NCBI GenBank assembly: GCA_963833985.1
Contig: CAWIAD010000002.1
Location: 6,496,001-6,560,000, forward strand
Reading direction: 5' to 3'
From: an uncultured Planctomycetaceae bacterium
GTDB lineage: Bacteria; Planctomycetota; Planctomycetia; Isosphaerales; Isosphaeraceae
DNA length: 64,000 nucleotides
A model generated the notes under the pieces. The model had not been told where the DNA came from. It was given only the letters and a program-made list of their open reading frames with translations, and searched no databases. The position numbers and the translations under genes are program-made. Position 1 is the first letter of the stretch. Every line of letters begins with the position of its first letter. Positions 55,592 to 64,000 of this stretch are shown in pieces.

Positions 55592-55623
55592 TCTACTAAA
55601 GTAGAAGTTTAATCCGAAGTCAA
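55592..55623 (-). promoter_or_regulatory. promoter with palindromic operator for the retron-like operon
   Basis: -35-like TTGACT (55623-55618). The palindrome TCTACT-AA-AGTAGA (55592-55605) covers the expected -10 position, which itself is a weak match. Confidence 0.5.
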
Positions 55624-56036
55624 GATGCAGGCCAAGAGAAGCGAACTCCAAAAGAGACATCATTCCGATCGCAGACAACAGGGAAACAGTTCGTTGTGCC
55701 TGCTGAGTCTCCGTTGATTCTTCAGGAAGAGAGACACGATTGGAATCGTATCCCACGAGAAGAGGGAGGCGACTGGAAGCGTAGCACTTCCGAGTGGGCC
55801 CGTCGGGGCCTGACTTGCAGCAACAGGCGGTGGTTCGGTCATAAGGGTTCTACGTGTGGTGCGGAGTGGGGGCGCTGGTCTTTCTCGCCGGGGTTGTCCC
55901 ATTGGCGCAGATTGGCGCTTAAGATAGCAGGGACCGGCGACGAGGCCGGGGTATGTTCAGAGGCAGGGAGAAGCCCCGGGTCGTGAGCGATCCCGCGTTC
56001 CAGCTTCAACAATCCCACAAAAACCAGGAGCCGCCG

Positions 56037-57275
56037 ATGTCCGCCGCGCTCGCCGAATTGCCTGATGCGAAAGACGTTACGCATCTCGCCACATCCATCA
56101 TGCCCACGCCTGCCGCAAGTCCGGCGCGGGCCGAGGCCAGCCGGGCCAACGGCCGCAAGTCGCGCGGGCCGACTTCGCCGGAGGGGAAGGCTCGCAGCCG
56201 GAAGAATGGATGCAAGGAGGGGCTCACCGGGGCCGGGGTCGTGTTGCCGCCGGCCGCGGCCGAGGAGGTCGAACGGCGCGAGCGCGAGTTCATCCGCGAC
56301 CTCCGGCCCCGCAACGAGGTCGAGCGCGAGCTCGTTCGGCAGATCGCACTCGGGGCGTGGCGGCAGCACGAGCTGTGCCTGCGGATCATCCGCCACGACG
56401 CCGAGACGAACGCCGCCCGGTTCGCCAACTGGGAGCAGGACGAGCTGGTCAAGGTCGCGGAGATTGGCCGGCGGCTGGCGGATGATCCGCAGGCGGCCGT
56501 CGCGCAGCTTCAGCGATCCAGCTCCGGCTGCGACTGGCTCATCGAGCGCTGGAGGCTCTTGGGCAATGCCCTCGGAGCGGCCGAAGACAGCCCGCGGTGC
56601 GACTGGTCCGAGGCCGACGTCACGCTCATTCTCAACCTGCTGAGCCGGCCGGCGGAGCTGCGGCATCTGGATGACTGGACGGGCTGGCTGGAGGGCCTCT
56701 GCACGCAGGCCCGGTCGGGGTCGGACGAGGCCGTGGGCGAGCTGCGGGCGATGATCGACGAGCAGGTCGAGGAGCTGGAGAGGCGGAGCGACGAGGTCTG
56801 GCAGTCCGTCGAGCAGCCGGCCATGCAGGGCTGGCTGACCGGGGCGAGCCTGGACCTGGGCCCCGAGGGCACACGCCTCCGGCGCTACGAGGCGGCCGCC
56901 GACAGGCTCTTCCGCTCGGCCTGGACCAAGCTGGAAAAGCTGCGCGCTGAGCGCGGGAGGCCCATGATCGGCCATTCCGCGTATCGCCACGAGCCCGAGC
57001 CACTCCCGCGCACCCGCTCGGCCGAGCCGCCCGAGCCCGCGGCACCCCCGGCTTCTGCACCGGCAGTGACGGTTGCGCCGGCCGCGGCACGTCCGCGGCT
57101 CGAGGTTCCGGCCTCGACTCTGCGAGACGATCCCTCCCCGGTGCTCGACCTCTACGTGGCCGGCCGGCCGGGCAACGCGGATCGCCCCGGTTTTTCATTG
57201 CAGAACAAAGCGAACCCGGCGCCCGGCCTGATCTCGAAGGGCGGACTGGCCGCGGCCCTCCGCGGCAAGGTCTGA
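56037..57275 (+). CDS. planctomycete-type hypothetical protein with basic N-terminal motif
   Basis: ASRANGRKSRGPTSPEGKARSRKNGCKEGLT, a helical core and RLRRYEAAADR. CAGGAG RBS. Confidence 0.7.
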   Translation: MSAALAELPDAKDVTHLATSIMPTPAASPARAEASRANGRKSRGPTSPEGKARSRKNGCKEGLTGAGVVLPPAAAEEVERREREFIRDLRPRNEVERELVRQIALGAWRQHELCLRIIRHDAETNAARFANWEQDELVKVAEIGRRLADDPQAAVAQLQRSSSGCDWLIERWRLLGNALGAAEDSPRCDWSEADVTLILNLLSRPAELRHLDDWTGWLEGLCTQARSGSDEAVGELRAMIDEQVEELERRSDEVWQSVEQPAMQGWLTGASLDLGPEGTRLRRYEAAADRLFRSAWTKLEKLRAERGRPMIGHSAYRHEPEPLPRTRSAEPPEPAAPPASAPAVTVAPAAARPRLEVPASTLRDDPSPVLDLYVAGRPGNADRPGFSLQNKANPAPGLISKGGLAAALRGKV

Positions 57276-57528
57276 GCGCCCGGCCGCGTCACCGATTGGC
57301 CCCGATCCCGGCGGACCCGCGACTGAAAACGGCGTCCGATCGAGACTCCGAACGCCCTATCCCCGCGCCGGCCGGCCTGGGGTAGATTCTGTGCTCCCGG
57401 CGACGTCTGCGCTGGCACAGCCCTGCCTTCGCATGACGCAAGACTCGTTACGTGCTAATACAAAGCACATGCAAGCGCATTTGAGTAACTCTCAAAGCAT
57501 ACACTGTCCAAAGCATATCAAAGGAAAA

Positions 57529-57560
57529 AGGTGTCAGGAACCGAGTGGCTCCTGACACCT
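57529..57560. repeat. REP-like hairpin / possible terminator
   Basis: AGGTGTCAGGAACC-GAGT-GGCTCCTGACACCT between convergent genes. A related half-site (CCGACACCTTTT) occurs near 54076. Confidence 0.65.
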
Positions 57561-57588
57561 CCGAGGTGCTCGTTGATGCAGATTGCGA

Positions 57589-60500
57589 TCAGGCGAGGCT
57601 GCCCGGTTTCTTGCTGAGGGGGATCTGGTAGAGGTTGGTGAGGGTGGGTGTGGTGTTCGGGCTGCTGATGGTTACCGGGTAGTTCGACGTCTGGCCGAGC
57701 TTCACGGTGTTGGTCGTGATGCCAGAGCCCGTGCTGGTCGTGGCAGCGGGGCCGGCGGCAAGCAGCAGGGGCTGCACGGTCTGATTGAGGTTCGTGTTCG
57801 CGGGCTGAGCGGGCGTGTTGCCGGCGGGCCCGATGGTGACGATGGTCACGGCGTCGAGGAAGACGGTGTTATCGCCACCGACGCTGTCCAGGCCCTGGAA
57901 GGTGATGGTGTGGCTACCCGCGGAGACGGTGAAGTTGGAGGTGGCATAGCCGGCATAGCTGATCGAGCCCGGCTTGAACGTGCCGACCACGGTGCCATCG
58001 ACCAGGACGTTGAAGTCCTCGTGCGAGGTCAAGTAGTTGCCGCGCTGGGCTGCGTCGAAGCTGATCTGATAGGTGCCGGCGGTCCAGCCGGTGACGTTCT
58101 GGGTGAACGACCCGGTGCGCTGGACGTAGGCGACCTGAGCACCCTGGGGGGCATTCGGGTTGCCGCTGGTGAAGGCGCTGCCGTTTCCGGAGATGCCGGA
58201 CTGGCCGGAGAAGGTCCAGCCCGCGTTCGTGGGGTCGACCACGAAGCCATGGCCGACATTCGGCGCCTCGAAGCCGGCATTGGCCGGGGTCGGGGCAGCG
58301 GGGAGCAGGGTCACGGCGTCGAGGAAGACGGTGTTATCGCCGCCGACGGTATCCAGGCCCTGGAAGGTGATGGTATGGCTTCCCGCGGAGACCGTGAAGC
58401 TGGAGGTGGCGAAGCTGGCATAGCTGGTCGAGCCCGGCTTGAACGTGCCGACCACGGTGCCATCGACCAGGACGTTGAAGTCCTCGTGCGAGGTCAGGTA
58501 GTTGCCGCGCTGGGCTGCGTCGAAGCTGATCTGGTAGGACCCCGCGGGGAAGGCGACGGACTGGTTGAACGAACCGGTGCGCTGGACGTAGGCGACCTGA
58601 GTTCCCTGGGGAGCGTTCGGGTTGCCACTGGTGAAGGCGCTGCCGTTTCCGGAGATGCCGGACTGGCCGGAGAAGGTCCAGCTCGCGTTCGTGGGGTCGA
58701 CCACGAAGCCGTTGCCGACGTTCGGCGACTCGAAGCCAGCGTTGGCGAGGGTGGGGACGCCTGGTACCAGGCTCAGAGCGTCGAGGAAGACGGTGTTATC
58801 GCCGCCGACGGTATCCAGGCCCTGGAAGGTGACGGTGTGGGTTCCCGCGGTGACGGAGAAGGTGGAGGTGGCGAAGCTGGCGTAGCTCGTCGAGCCCGGC
58901 TTGAAGGTGCCGACCACGTTGCCGTCGACCAGGACGTTGAAGTCCTCATGAGAGGTCAGATAGTTGCCGCGCTGGGCTGCGTCGAAGCTGATCTGGTAGG
59001 TCCCCGCGGGGAGGACGACGGACTGGTTGAACGACCCGGTGCGCTGGACGTAGGCGACCTGAGTTCCCTGGGGAGCGTTCGGGTTGCCGCTGGTGAAGGG
59101 GCTGTTGTTGGCGGAGATACCCGCCTGTCCGCTAAAGGTCCAGATGGTGCCGGTGGGGTCGGTCTTGAAGGTTCCGGCCGGGAGGACGGGCGACTCGAAA
59201 CCAGCATCGCCCAGGGTGGCGGTGCCAGGGACAGCGACTGGCGTGCTCAGGGCCGAGGTCTGGGTGGCGGAGAGGTCGGCCATTGCCGTGATCAGCTCGC
59301 CGCCCGCGATCGCGGAAGGAAGGATCGTGCTGAAGCTGGCGTTGCCGTTGTTGTCGCTGGTCACGTTGACCTGGCTGATGAAGGTCTCTCCCTGGTTGCC
59401 GGTGAAGACGGGAGTGGCCGGGGTCGCGTAGATTTCAATGTCGAGATTGGCGTTATGATCGGGCGAGCCGGTCACCACGCCCGTGACCGTGGTCCGGCCC
59501 GTGGCGTCGGTGGTCACGCCCGTGATCACCGGGATGGCTTGCGGTGTCGGATTGCCCACCTGGACGATGCTGCCAGCCCCGTTCCCGTAGACCGCGGTGA
59601 AGGACCAACCGGTCCCCGTCGTCCCCTGGTCGGTCAGGATGCCGTCACCGCCGTTGTAACGATCGATCACGAAGCCCAGGACGTTGTTGTTCGCGGCGTG
59701 GATGGAAACGCCGTTGCCCATGTTGCCCAGCGCGATCGTGTTGTTGAGATCAACCCCGACGTAATCGAACCCGACCACATTACCGGTGGAGGACGTGATC
59801 GAGACGCCGTCGCCAAGATTCCCCGCGATCACGTTCAGATTGGGATAGTCGGACGAGACGGAGCCCACGGTGGTGTTCGAGGTACCGGCGGCGATGGTGA
59901 CGCCGTTGCCGCCGTTGGGCAGCGCGACCGTGCCCGTGACGTCGGTGCCGATGAAATTGCCCGAGATCACCGCGCCGGTCGTGCCGCTGTCGGTGACCAG
60001 GATCCCGTTGACCGAGTTGCCCGAGATCACGTTCCAGGCCGCCAGGTTCCAGGTGGCGCCAGAGTTCTGGCCGCCGATCGTGTTGCTCCCTGCGCCCAGG
60101 CCCTCGTAGACGCCGTCGAGCTGCTGGCTATTCGCGAGGAAAGCCTTGCCGGTGATGTCGGTGCCGATAAAGTTCCCTTCGACGACGTTCCCCGTCGTGC
60201 CCGAGAAGCCGATGAGCACCCCCTCGAAGAGGTTGCCGGAGATGACGTTCCGCGCCGCGGTCGTGGTACCGCCGATCGTGTTGTTCTGGGCACCGAAGAC
60301 CACGTCGATACCGTTGTGGTCGTTGGGGACGGCGTGCTTCCCGGCCGCATCCGTGCCGACCAGGTTGTTCGCGACCGTGTTCAGGTTCGTGCCGGAATCG
60401 CTGATGTAGATGCCCCAGCCGATGTTCCCGGAGATGACGTTGCCGCTGTTCGAGGCCGCGTAGCCGATGAAGTTGCTCGACGCCTGGCCGTTGACATGCA

Positions 60501-61881
60501 CTCCGTCGCCAGCGTTGCCCAGCGCGGTGACGCCGTTGGCGTCGATCCCGATCAGGTTGTTCTCGACGAAGTTCTCGTCGGTGTCAAAACCCGAAATGGT
60601 CACACCGTTGCCCGCGTTGCCCGAGATGATGTTCGGGGTGCTGGTTGGAAGGCCGATGAAGTTCGAGCTTGCCGCACTGGTCACCGTGACGCCGTCGCCG
60701 GCGTTGGGCAGGGCCGTCTCTCCGGTGATGTCCGTGCCGATGTGCACCCCCTCGACGATATTCGAGGAGGTGAACAAACCGGAGATCAGAACGCCGCTGG
60801 CTCCGTTGTTCGAGATGACCTCGGGGGCGGTCGTGGTACCGCTCACGACGTTGTAACCGGCGCCCATGACAATGCCCACGCCGTCCACGCCGTTTCCATA
60901 GGATCGTCCAACGGAATCGGCGCCGTGCATGCCGGTGATATCGGTACCGATGACGTCACCCTCGACCACGTTGTCGTACGTGCCGCTGTCGGTGATGTAG
61001 ATGCCGTAGCTCTTGTTGCCCAGGATGACATCCTTGGCGGACGTGGTCGTGCCGCCGATCGTGTTGTACGAGGCCCCGCCGTTGATGACGATGCCGCTTC
61101 CCCCGCCCCCGCGCTGGCCGTTGCCCAGCGCGTTCCCCGGGTCGTCCACGACGGCAGCACCCGTGTTGTCCGAGCCGATGATCGTGCCGCTGATGACATT
61201 CTTCGTGGTGTTCAGCCCCGAGAGGATGATGCCGTTGTAGTCGTTCGCCGAGACGATATCGTTGGACAGCAAGTTCCCCGTGGACGATCCGCCGTTCTCG
61301 CTCTGGATCGTCAGGCCGTAGACGCCGTTGCCTTCGTAGACGATATTCCCATTCGCATCCTGGCCGGTCGCGTTGTTGTTGGGGTCGATGCCGATATAGT
61401 CGCCGGTAAGCGTCACGTTCGAGGCGTTGTCGATGAGCACGCCGCCACTGGAAAACGCGTCGATGGCCAGCGCCTTGACCTGCGTCCCCGACGCCGTGAT
61501 GTCCAGGCCAAGCGCCGAGCCCGCCGAGCTGCCCAGAAGCTGGACGAACGGGTGGGCGCCGTTGTAGCTGCTCTCGGTCGTGCCGTCGATGATCACGGGC
61601 TGGGTGATCGTGGGCAACTGCGAGGAGAGCTGGATCTGCGCGATGTTATGAAGACCCGAGAATGAGATGACGTTCGGGTTGTTGACGGTGGCGGGGGTGC
61701 TGTCGGAGTTGATGATGGCCTGGCGCAGGCTGCCGGTTCCACTGTCTCCCAGGCTGCTCACGCTGAAGGTCGCCATGAGCTGGCGGTCCTCGAGGGGCTC
61801 CATGCACATCCGGCTGCGGCGGTCACGCTTGACACGGACTGGGGTCTCGTTGCGGCGACGGGGATTCCAGGAGCGAATCAT
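57589..61881 (-). CDS. large secreted protein with right-handed beta-helix repeats and three C-terminal jelly-roll repeats
   Basis: MEPLEDRQLMA export motif, DSGTGSLRQAI and many ISGN..G / GNFIGTD repeats. Three copies of AGFESP...GGDNTVFLDA. Confidence 0.88.
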   Translation of the reverse strand: MIRSWNPRRRNETPVRVKRDRRSRMCMEPLEDRQLMATFSVSSLGDSGTGSLRQAIINSDSTPATVNNPNVISFSGLHNIAQIQLSSQLPTITQPVIIDGTTESSYNGAHPFVQLLGSSAGSALGLDITASGTQVKALAIDAFSSGGVLIDNASNVTLTGDYIGIDPNNNATGQDANGNIVYEGNGVYGLTIQSENGGSSTGNLLSNDIVSANDYNGIILSGLNTTKNVISGTIIGSDNTGAAVVDDPGNALGNGQRGGGGSGIVINGGASYNTIGGTTTSAKDVILGNKSYGIYITDSGTYDNVVEGDVIGTDITGMHGADSVGRSYGNGVDGVGIVMGAGYNVVSGTTTAPEVISNNGASGVLISGLFTSSNIVEGVHIGTDITGETALPNAGDGVTVTSAASSNFIGLPTSTPNIISGNAGNGVTISGFDTDENFVENNLIGIDANGVTALGNAGDGVHVNGQASSNFIGYAASNSGNVISGNIGWGIYISDSGTNLNTVANNLVGTDAAGKHAVPNDHNGIDVVFGAQNNTIGGTTTAARNVISGNLFEGVLIGFSGTTGNVVEGNFIGTDITGKAFLANSQQLDGVYEGLGAGSNTIGGQNSGATWNLAAWNVISGNSVNGILVTDSGTTGAVISGNFIGTDVTGTVALPNGGNGVTIAAGTSNTTVGSVSSDYPNLNVIAGNLGDGVSITSSTGNVVGFDYVGVDLNNTIALGNMGNGVSIHAANNNVLGFVIDRYNGGDGILTDQGTTGTGWSFTAVYGNGAGSIVQVGNPTPQAIPVITGVTTDATGRTTVTGVVTGSPDHNANLDIEIYATPATPVFTGNQGETFISQVNVTSDNNGNASFSTILPSAIAGGELITAMADLSATQTSALSTPVAVPGTATLGDAGFESPVLPAGTFKTDPTGTIWTFSGQAGISANNSPFTSGNPNAPQGTQVAYVQRTGSFNQSVVLPAGTYQISFDAAQRGNYLTSHEDFNVLVDGNVVGTFKPGSTSYASFATSTFSVTAGTHTVTFQGLDTVGGDNTVFLDALSLVPGVPTLANAGFESPNVGNGFVVDPTNASWTFSGQSGISGNGSAFTSGNPNAPQGTQVAYVQRTGSFNQSVAFPAGSYQISFDAAQRGNYLTSHEDFNVLVDGTVVGTFKPGSTSYASFATSSFTVSAGSHTITFQGLDTVGGDNTVFLDAVTLLPAAPTPANAGFEAPNVGHGFVVDPTNAGWTFSGQSGISGNGSAFTSGNPNAPQGAQVAYVQRTGSFTQNVTGWTAGTYQISFDAAQRGNYLTSHEDFNVLVDGTVVGTFKPGSISYAGYATSNFTVSAGSHTITFQGLDSVGGDNTVFLDAVTIVTIGPAGNTPAQPANTNLNQTVQPLLLAAGPAATTSTGSGITTNTVKLGQTSNYPVTISSPNTTPTLTNLYQIPLSKKPGSLA
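57850..59215 (-). repeat. three tandem 462-bp intragenic repeats
   Basis: Homologous blocks recur at 58160, 58622 and 59084. Boundaries are approximate. Confidence 0.88.
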
Positions 61882-62173
61882 GATCAGGTCCTCCCATAGG
61901 TGCAGGGCGATCCCGCACGGCCTGCTCCGGAGCCTGTCCCGGGAGCAACGTGGCTGGGTCGCGGACTTTTTTGTTTGATCCGGAACTGAGCGTTCCAGGC
62001 GGGCAAGAGCGGCTGGTCACTTTGCCAGCCGCGTGTGGGCCTTGCTTCTACGATGAAATGGCCAGTCGAAGTCGGATCCCGACAGCAAACCGTTTTTTTT
62101 CCGCCCGGAGCGCCGGGAGTGACCGTGCGTGTCTGTTAGAGAGCGGTTTTCACTCGGATCGCAGACTGAGACC

Positions 62174-62238
62174 GGGGGGCAGGCATTCCTGCCTGCCGGA
62201 GCATGCCTGCCCTGACAGACAGGAATGTCTGCCCCCCC
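62174..62238. repeat. inverted pair of REP-like elements
   Basis: GGGGCAGGCATTCCTGCCTGCC followed by GACAGACAGGAATGTCTGCCCC. Confidence 0.7.
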
Positions 62239-62841
62239 TTCCAAGATCTCAGAAACTGCTTGCAACACGTCAGAAAACCGCCCTAAGTTGTCCGCTCTCC
62301 GTCGCCATTTCTTTGCCTCTATCTGGCACCATAAAACTCTCGAGCGACAGGCTGGTTGCGTTGGAGATGGTGAAGTCGCTCGCCAGGCTGTGGTCGATAC
62401 GATTCGGACCCCGGCGGTGACCGGGGCCGACGACCAGATCGTCGACGATCTGAACCGATGTGGCTTTCATTCCGGGATCGGTGCCAGGTTCATCATGTCG
62501 ATCGTACGTCAGGTTCGCGTGGCGTACGGGAGTGAGAGCGGTTGTCATGTCCAGCCGCGGTTTTGCGCGGAAGGCAGGCGGGGCGATGAGCGTTACCTGG
62601 TCCGCGCTGTAGCCGAACGGCTCGGTCGCGGAGTGGTGCCGGAGCGGCAAGTTCGACGAAGTCCGGGCGGTGAGATACGGTCCCGGGTGGATCGGCCTGA
62701 CCACCGTGAACATCGCCGAACTGAGCAACCCGCCTGGTCGGGGATCGTCGGGTGCGGGGTAGGGGGATTGGCGAACGCCCAAAAAACCGACGTGCCACGG
62801 TGTCGCCCCTCGTAGAGGAGTCGGCTGGCATGTGAGTATTT

Positions 62842-64000
62842 CTACTGTATCCTGGGGTTGACGAACTGTAAGGTTTTTTCTGATATTCGCTTCCGTCAAG
62901 GATGTTACAAGGAAGCGAGGGCGTCATGGATCGACGATACGAAGCACGGTTGGCTGACATGCTGGCACAATCGCAGGTGTCGCCTGACTTGATCGATGGT
63001 CTGCTGGAACGGTTGGACGTCTTCATCGAGCCGTTCGCTGCGACCCTGAGCGAACCTGAACAACATCGACATGCAACCGAGTACGTTACCGGTCTGCTGT
63101 CGAAGCTTGAGCACAAGACCGGCGAGGGAATCGCTTATCTCCACGATCAAGAACGACAAGGAATCCAAAAGTTCATCGGGCACGTGCCATGGGATCATCA
63201 ACCCCTGCTCACGATCCTGCGCAGCAGGTCGGCGAGCAACTGGGCGAGAAGGATGGGGTGATTATCTTCGACCCTTCGGGCTTCCCCAAGAAAGGGACTA
63301 TGTCGGTGGGCGTCGCGCGGCAGTGGTGCGGCCGGCTGGGGAAGGTTGAGAACTGTCAGGTTGGCGTCTACATGGCTTATGCGTCTAGAAAAGAGCATAC
63401 GATTACCAATGTAAGGCTTTACTTGCCCAAGGAATGGGCCAAGGATCGCGACCGCCGGAACAAGGCTGGCGTCCCCAAGTCCATCAAGTTCCAGACGCGC
63501 CATCAATTGGCCCTGGCGATGCTGGATGAGCAAGGTGGGTTGCTGCCACACGCGTGGGTGGCGGGGGACGATGAAATGGGCCGTCCCGCGAGTTTTCGCC
63601 AGGCGTTGAGGGAGCGGGGGGAGCAGTATCTGTTGGCGGTTCCGTCGAACACGACGATCCGCGATCTGGAGGCACCGCCACCGGAATATGGGGGGCGGGG
63701 TCAACCCCCCAAGGCTCCTTTCATGCGTGTGGATCATTGGCGTGCGGCCCTGCCGGAATCGGCGTGGACGAGGCTCGACGTCCGTGATGGCGAGAAGGGA
63801 CCTTTGGTGGTCGACGCGATCAAGCGGCGCGTCCAATCTCGAGGACCGGGCAATCGTGCAGGTTTCGAGGAGGTCCTCTTCATCACGCGTGAGCAACAGG
63901 CCGATGGAACTGTTAAACATGATTATTATTTATCAAATAGTAAAGCCGAAACTCCGTTGATCGAATTTGGCCGGGTGGCCAAACTGGCGCATCGGATCGA
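62842..64000 (+). mobile_element. IS701-family element, left part (runs off the window)
   Basis: Probable left end CTACTGTATCCTGGGGTTGACG about 85 bp before the transposase. The right end is not visible, so the boundary is inferred. Confidence 0.8.
62926..64000 (+). CDS. IS701-family transposase, partial (apparent frameshift near 63219)
   Basis: YVTGLLSKLEHKTGEGIA. The next frame, read by hand, gives FDPSGFPKKGTMSVGVARQWCGRLGKVENCQVGV, RLYLPKEW and WVAGDDEMG. Confidence 0.92.

Noticed and set aside
55696..55986. 96-aa ORF diverging from the retron-like operon
   Set aside because: No clear RBS or recognisable motif, so it cannot be supported as a gene.
57461..57524. Short CAAAGCA repeats as a mini-CRISPR or iteron array
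   Set aside because: The repeats are only 7-9 bp and irregularly spaced, with no cas or rep gene nearby.
57583..61665. 1360-aa plus-strand ORF and other long antisense ORFs (9093..10310, 13456..15012, 15046..17091, 23182..24819)
   Set aside because: These are shadow ORFs opposite well-supported genes, as expected from high-GC codon bias.
62270..62840. ORFs left of the IS701 end
   Set aside because: No recognisable family or credible start. Possibly a decayed gene fragment, but not supportable.

Overview
High-GC bacterial window that reads as a planctomycete (Isosphaeraceae-like): it has a DUF1559 prepilin/H-X9-DG protein, LEPR-XLL-type exported proteins and an N-extended L9. Housekeeping genes dominate: yajQ, groES-groEL, ribF, a TetR-RND efflux operon, rplY-pth-rpsF-ssb-rplI, tsaB-trmL and yidC-mnmE. 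There are also large secreted carbohydrate-active or binding proteins, a complete ISKra4-like IS (31731-33470, 9-bp target duplication) and the left part of an IS701-family element. The best lead is a lower-GC island at about 54.0-55.7 kb on the minus strand. It carries a promoter with a palindromic operator, a densely structured ~260-nt leader RNA whose 5' end pairs with the RBS of the next gene, an 82-aa small ORF, an XRE-HTH gene and a retron-type reverse transcriptase (NAxxH). This matches type VI retron architecture, but the RT is truncated before its YxDD motif. Divergent sigma54-type promoters and an IHF site lie upstream of groES. Twelve apparent frameshifts all fall at or beside GCGC, which suggests motif-linked sequencing errors rather than pseudogenes. 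All calls were made by eye from sequence motifs; no database searches were run.
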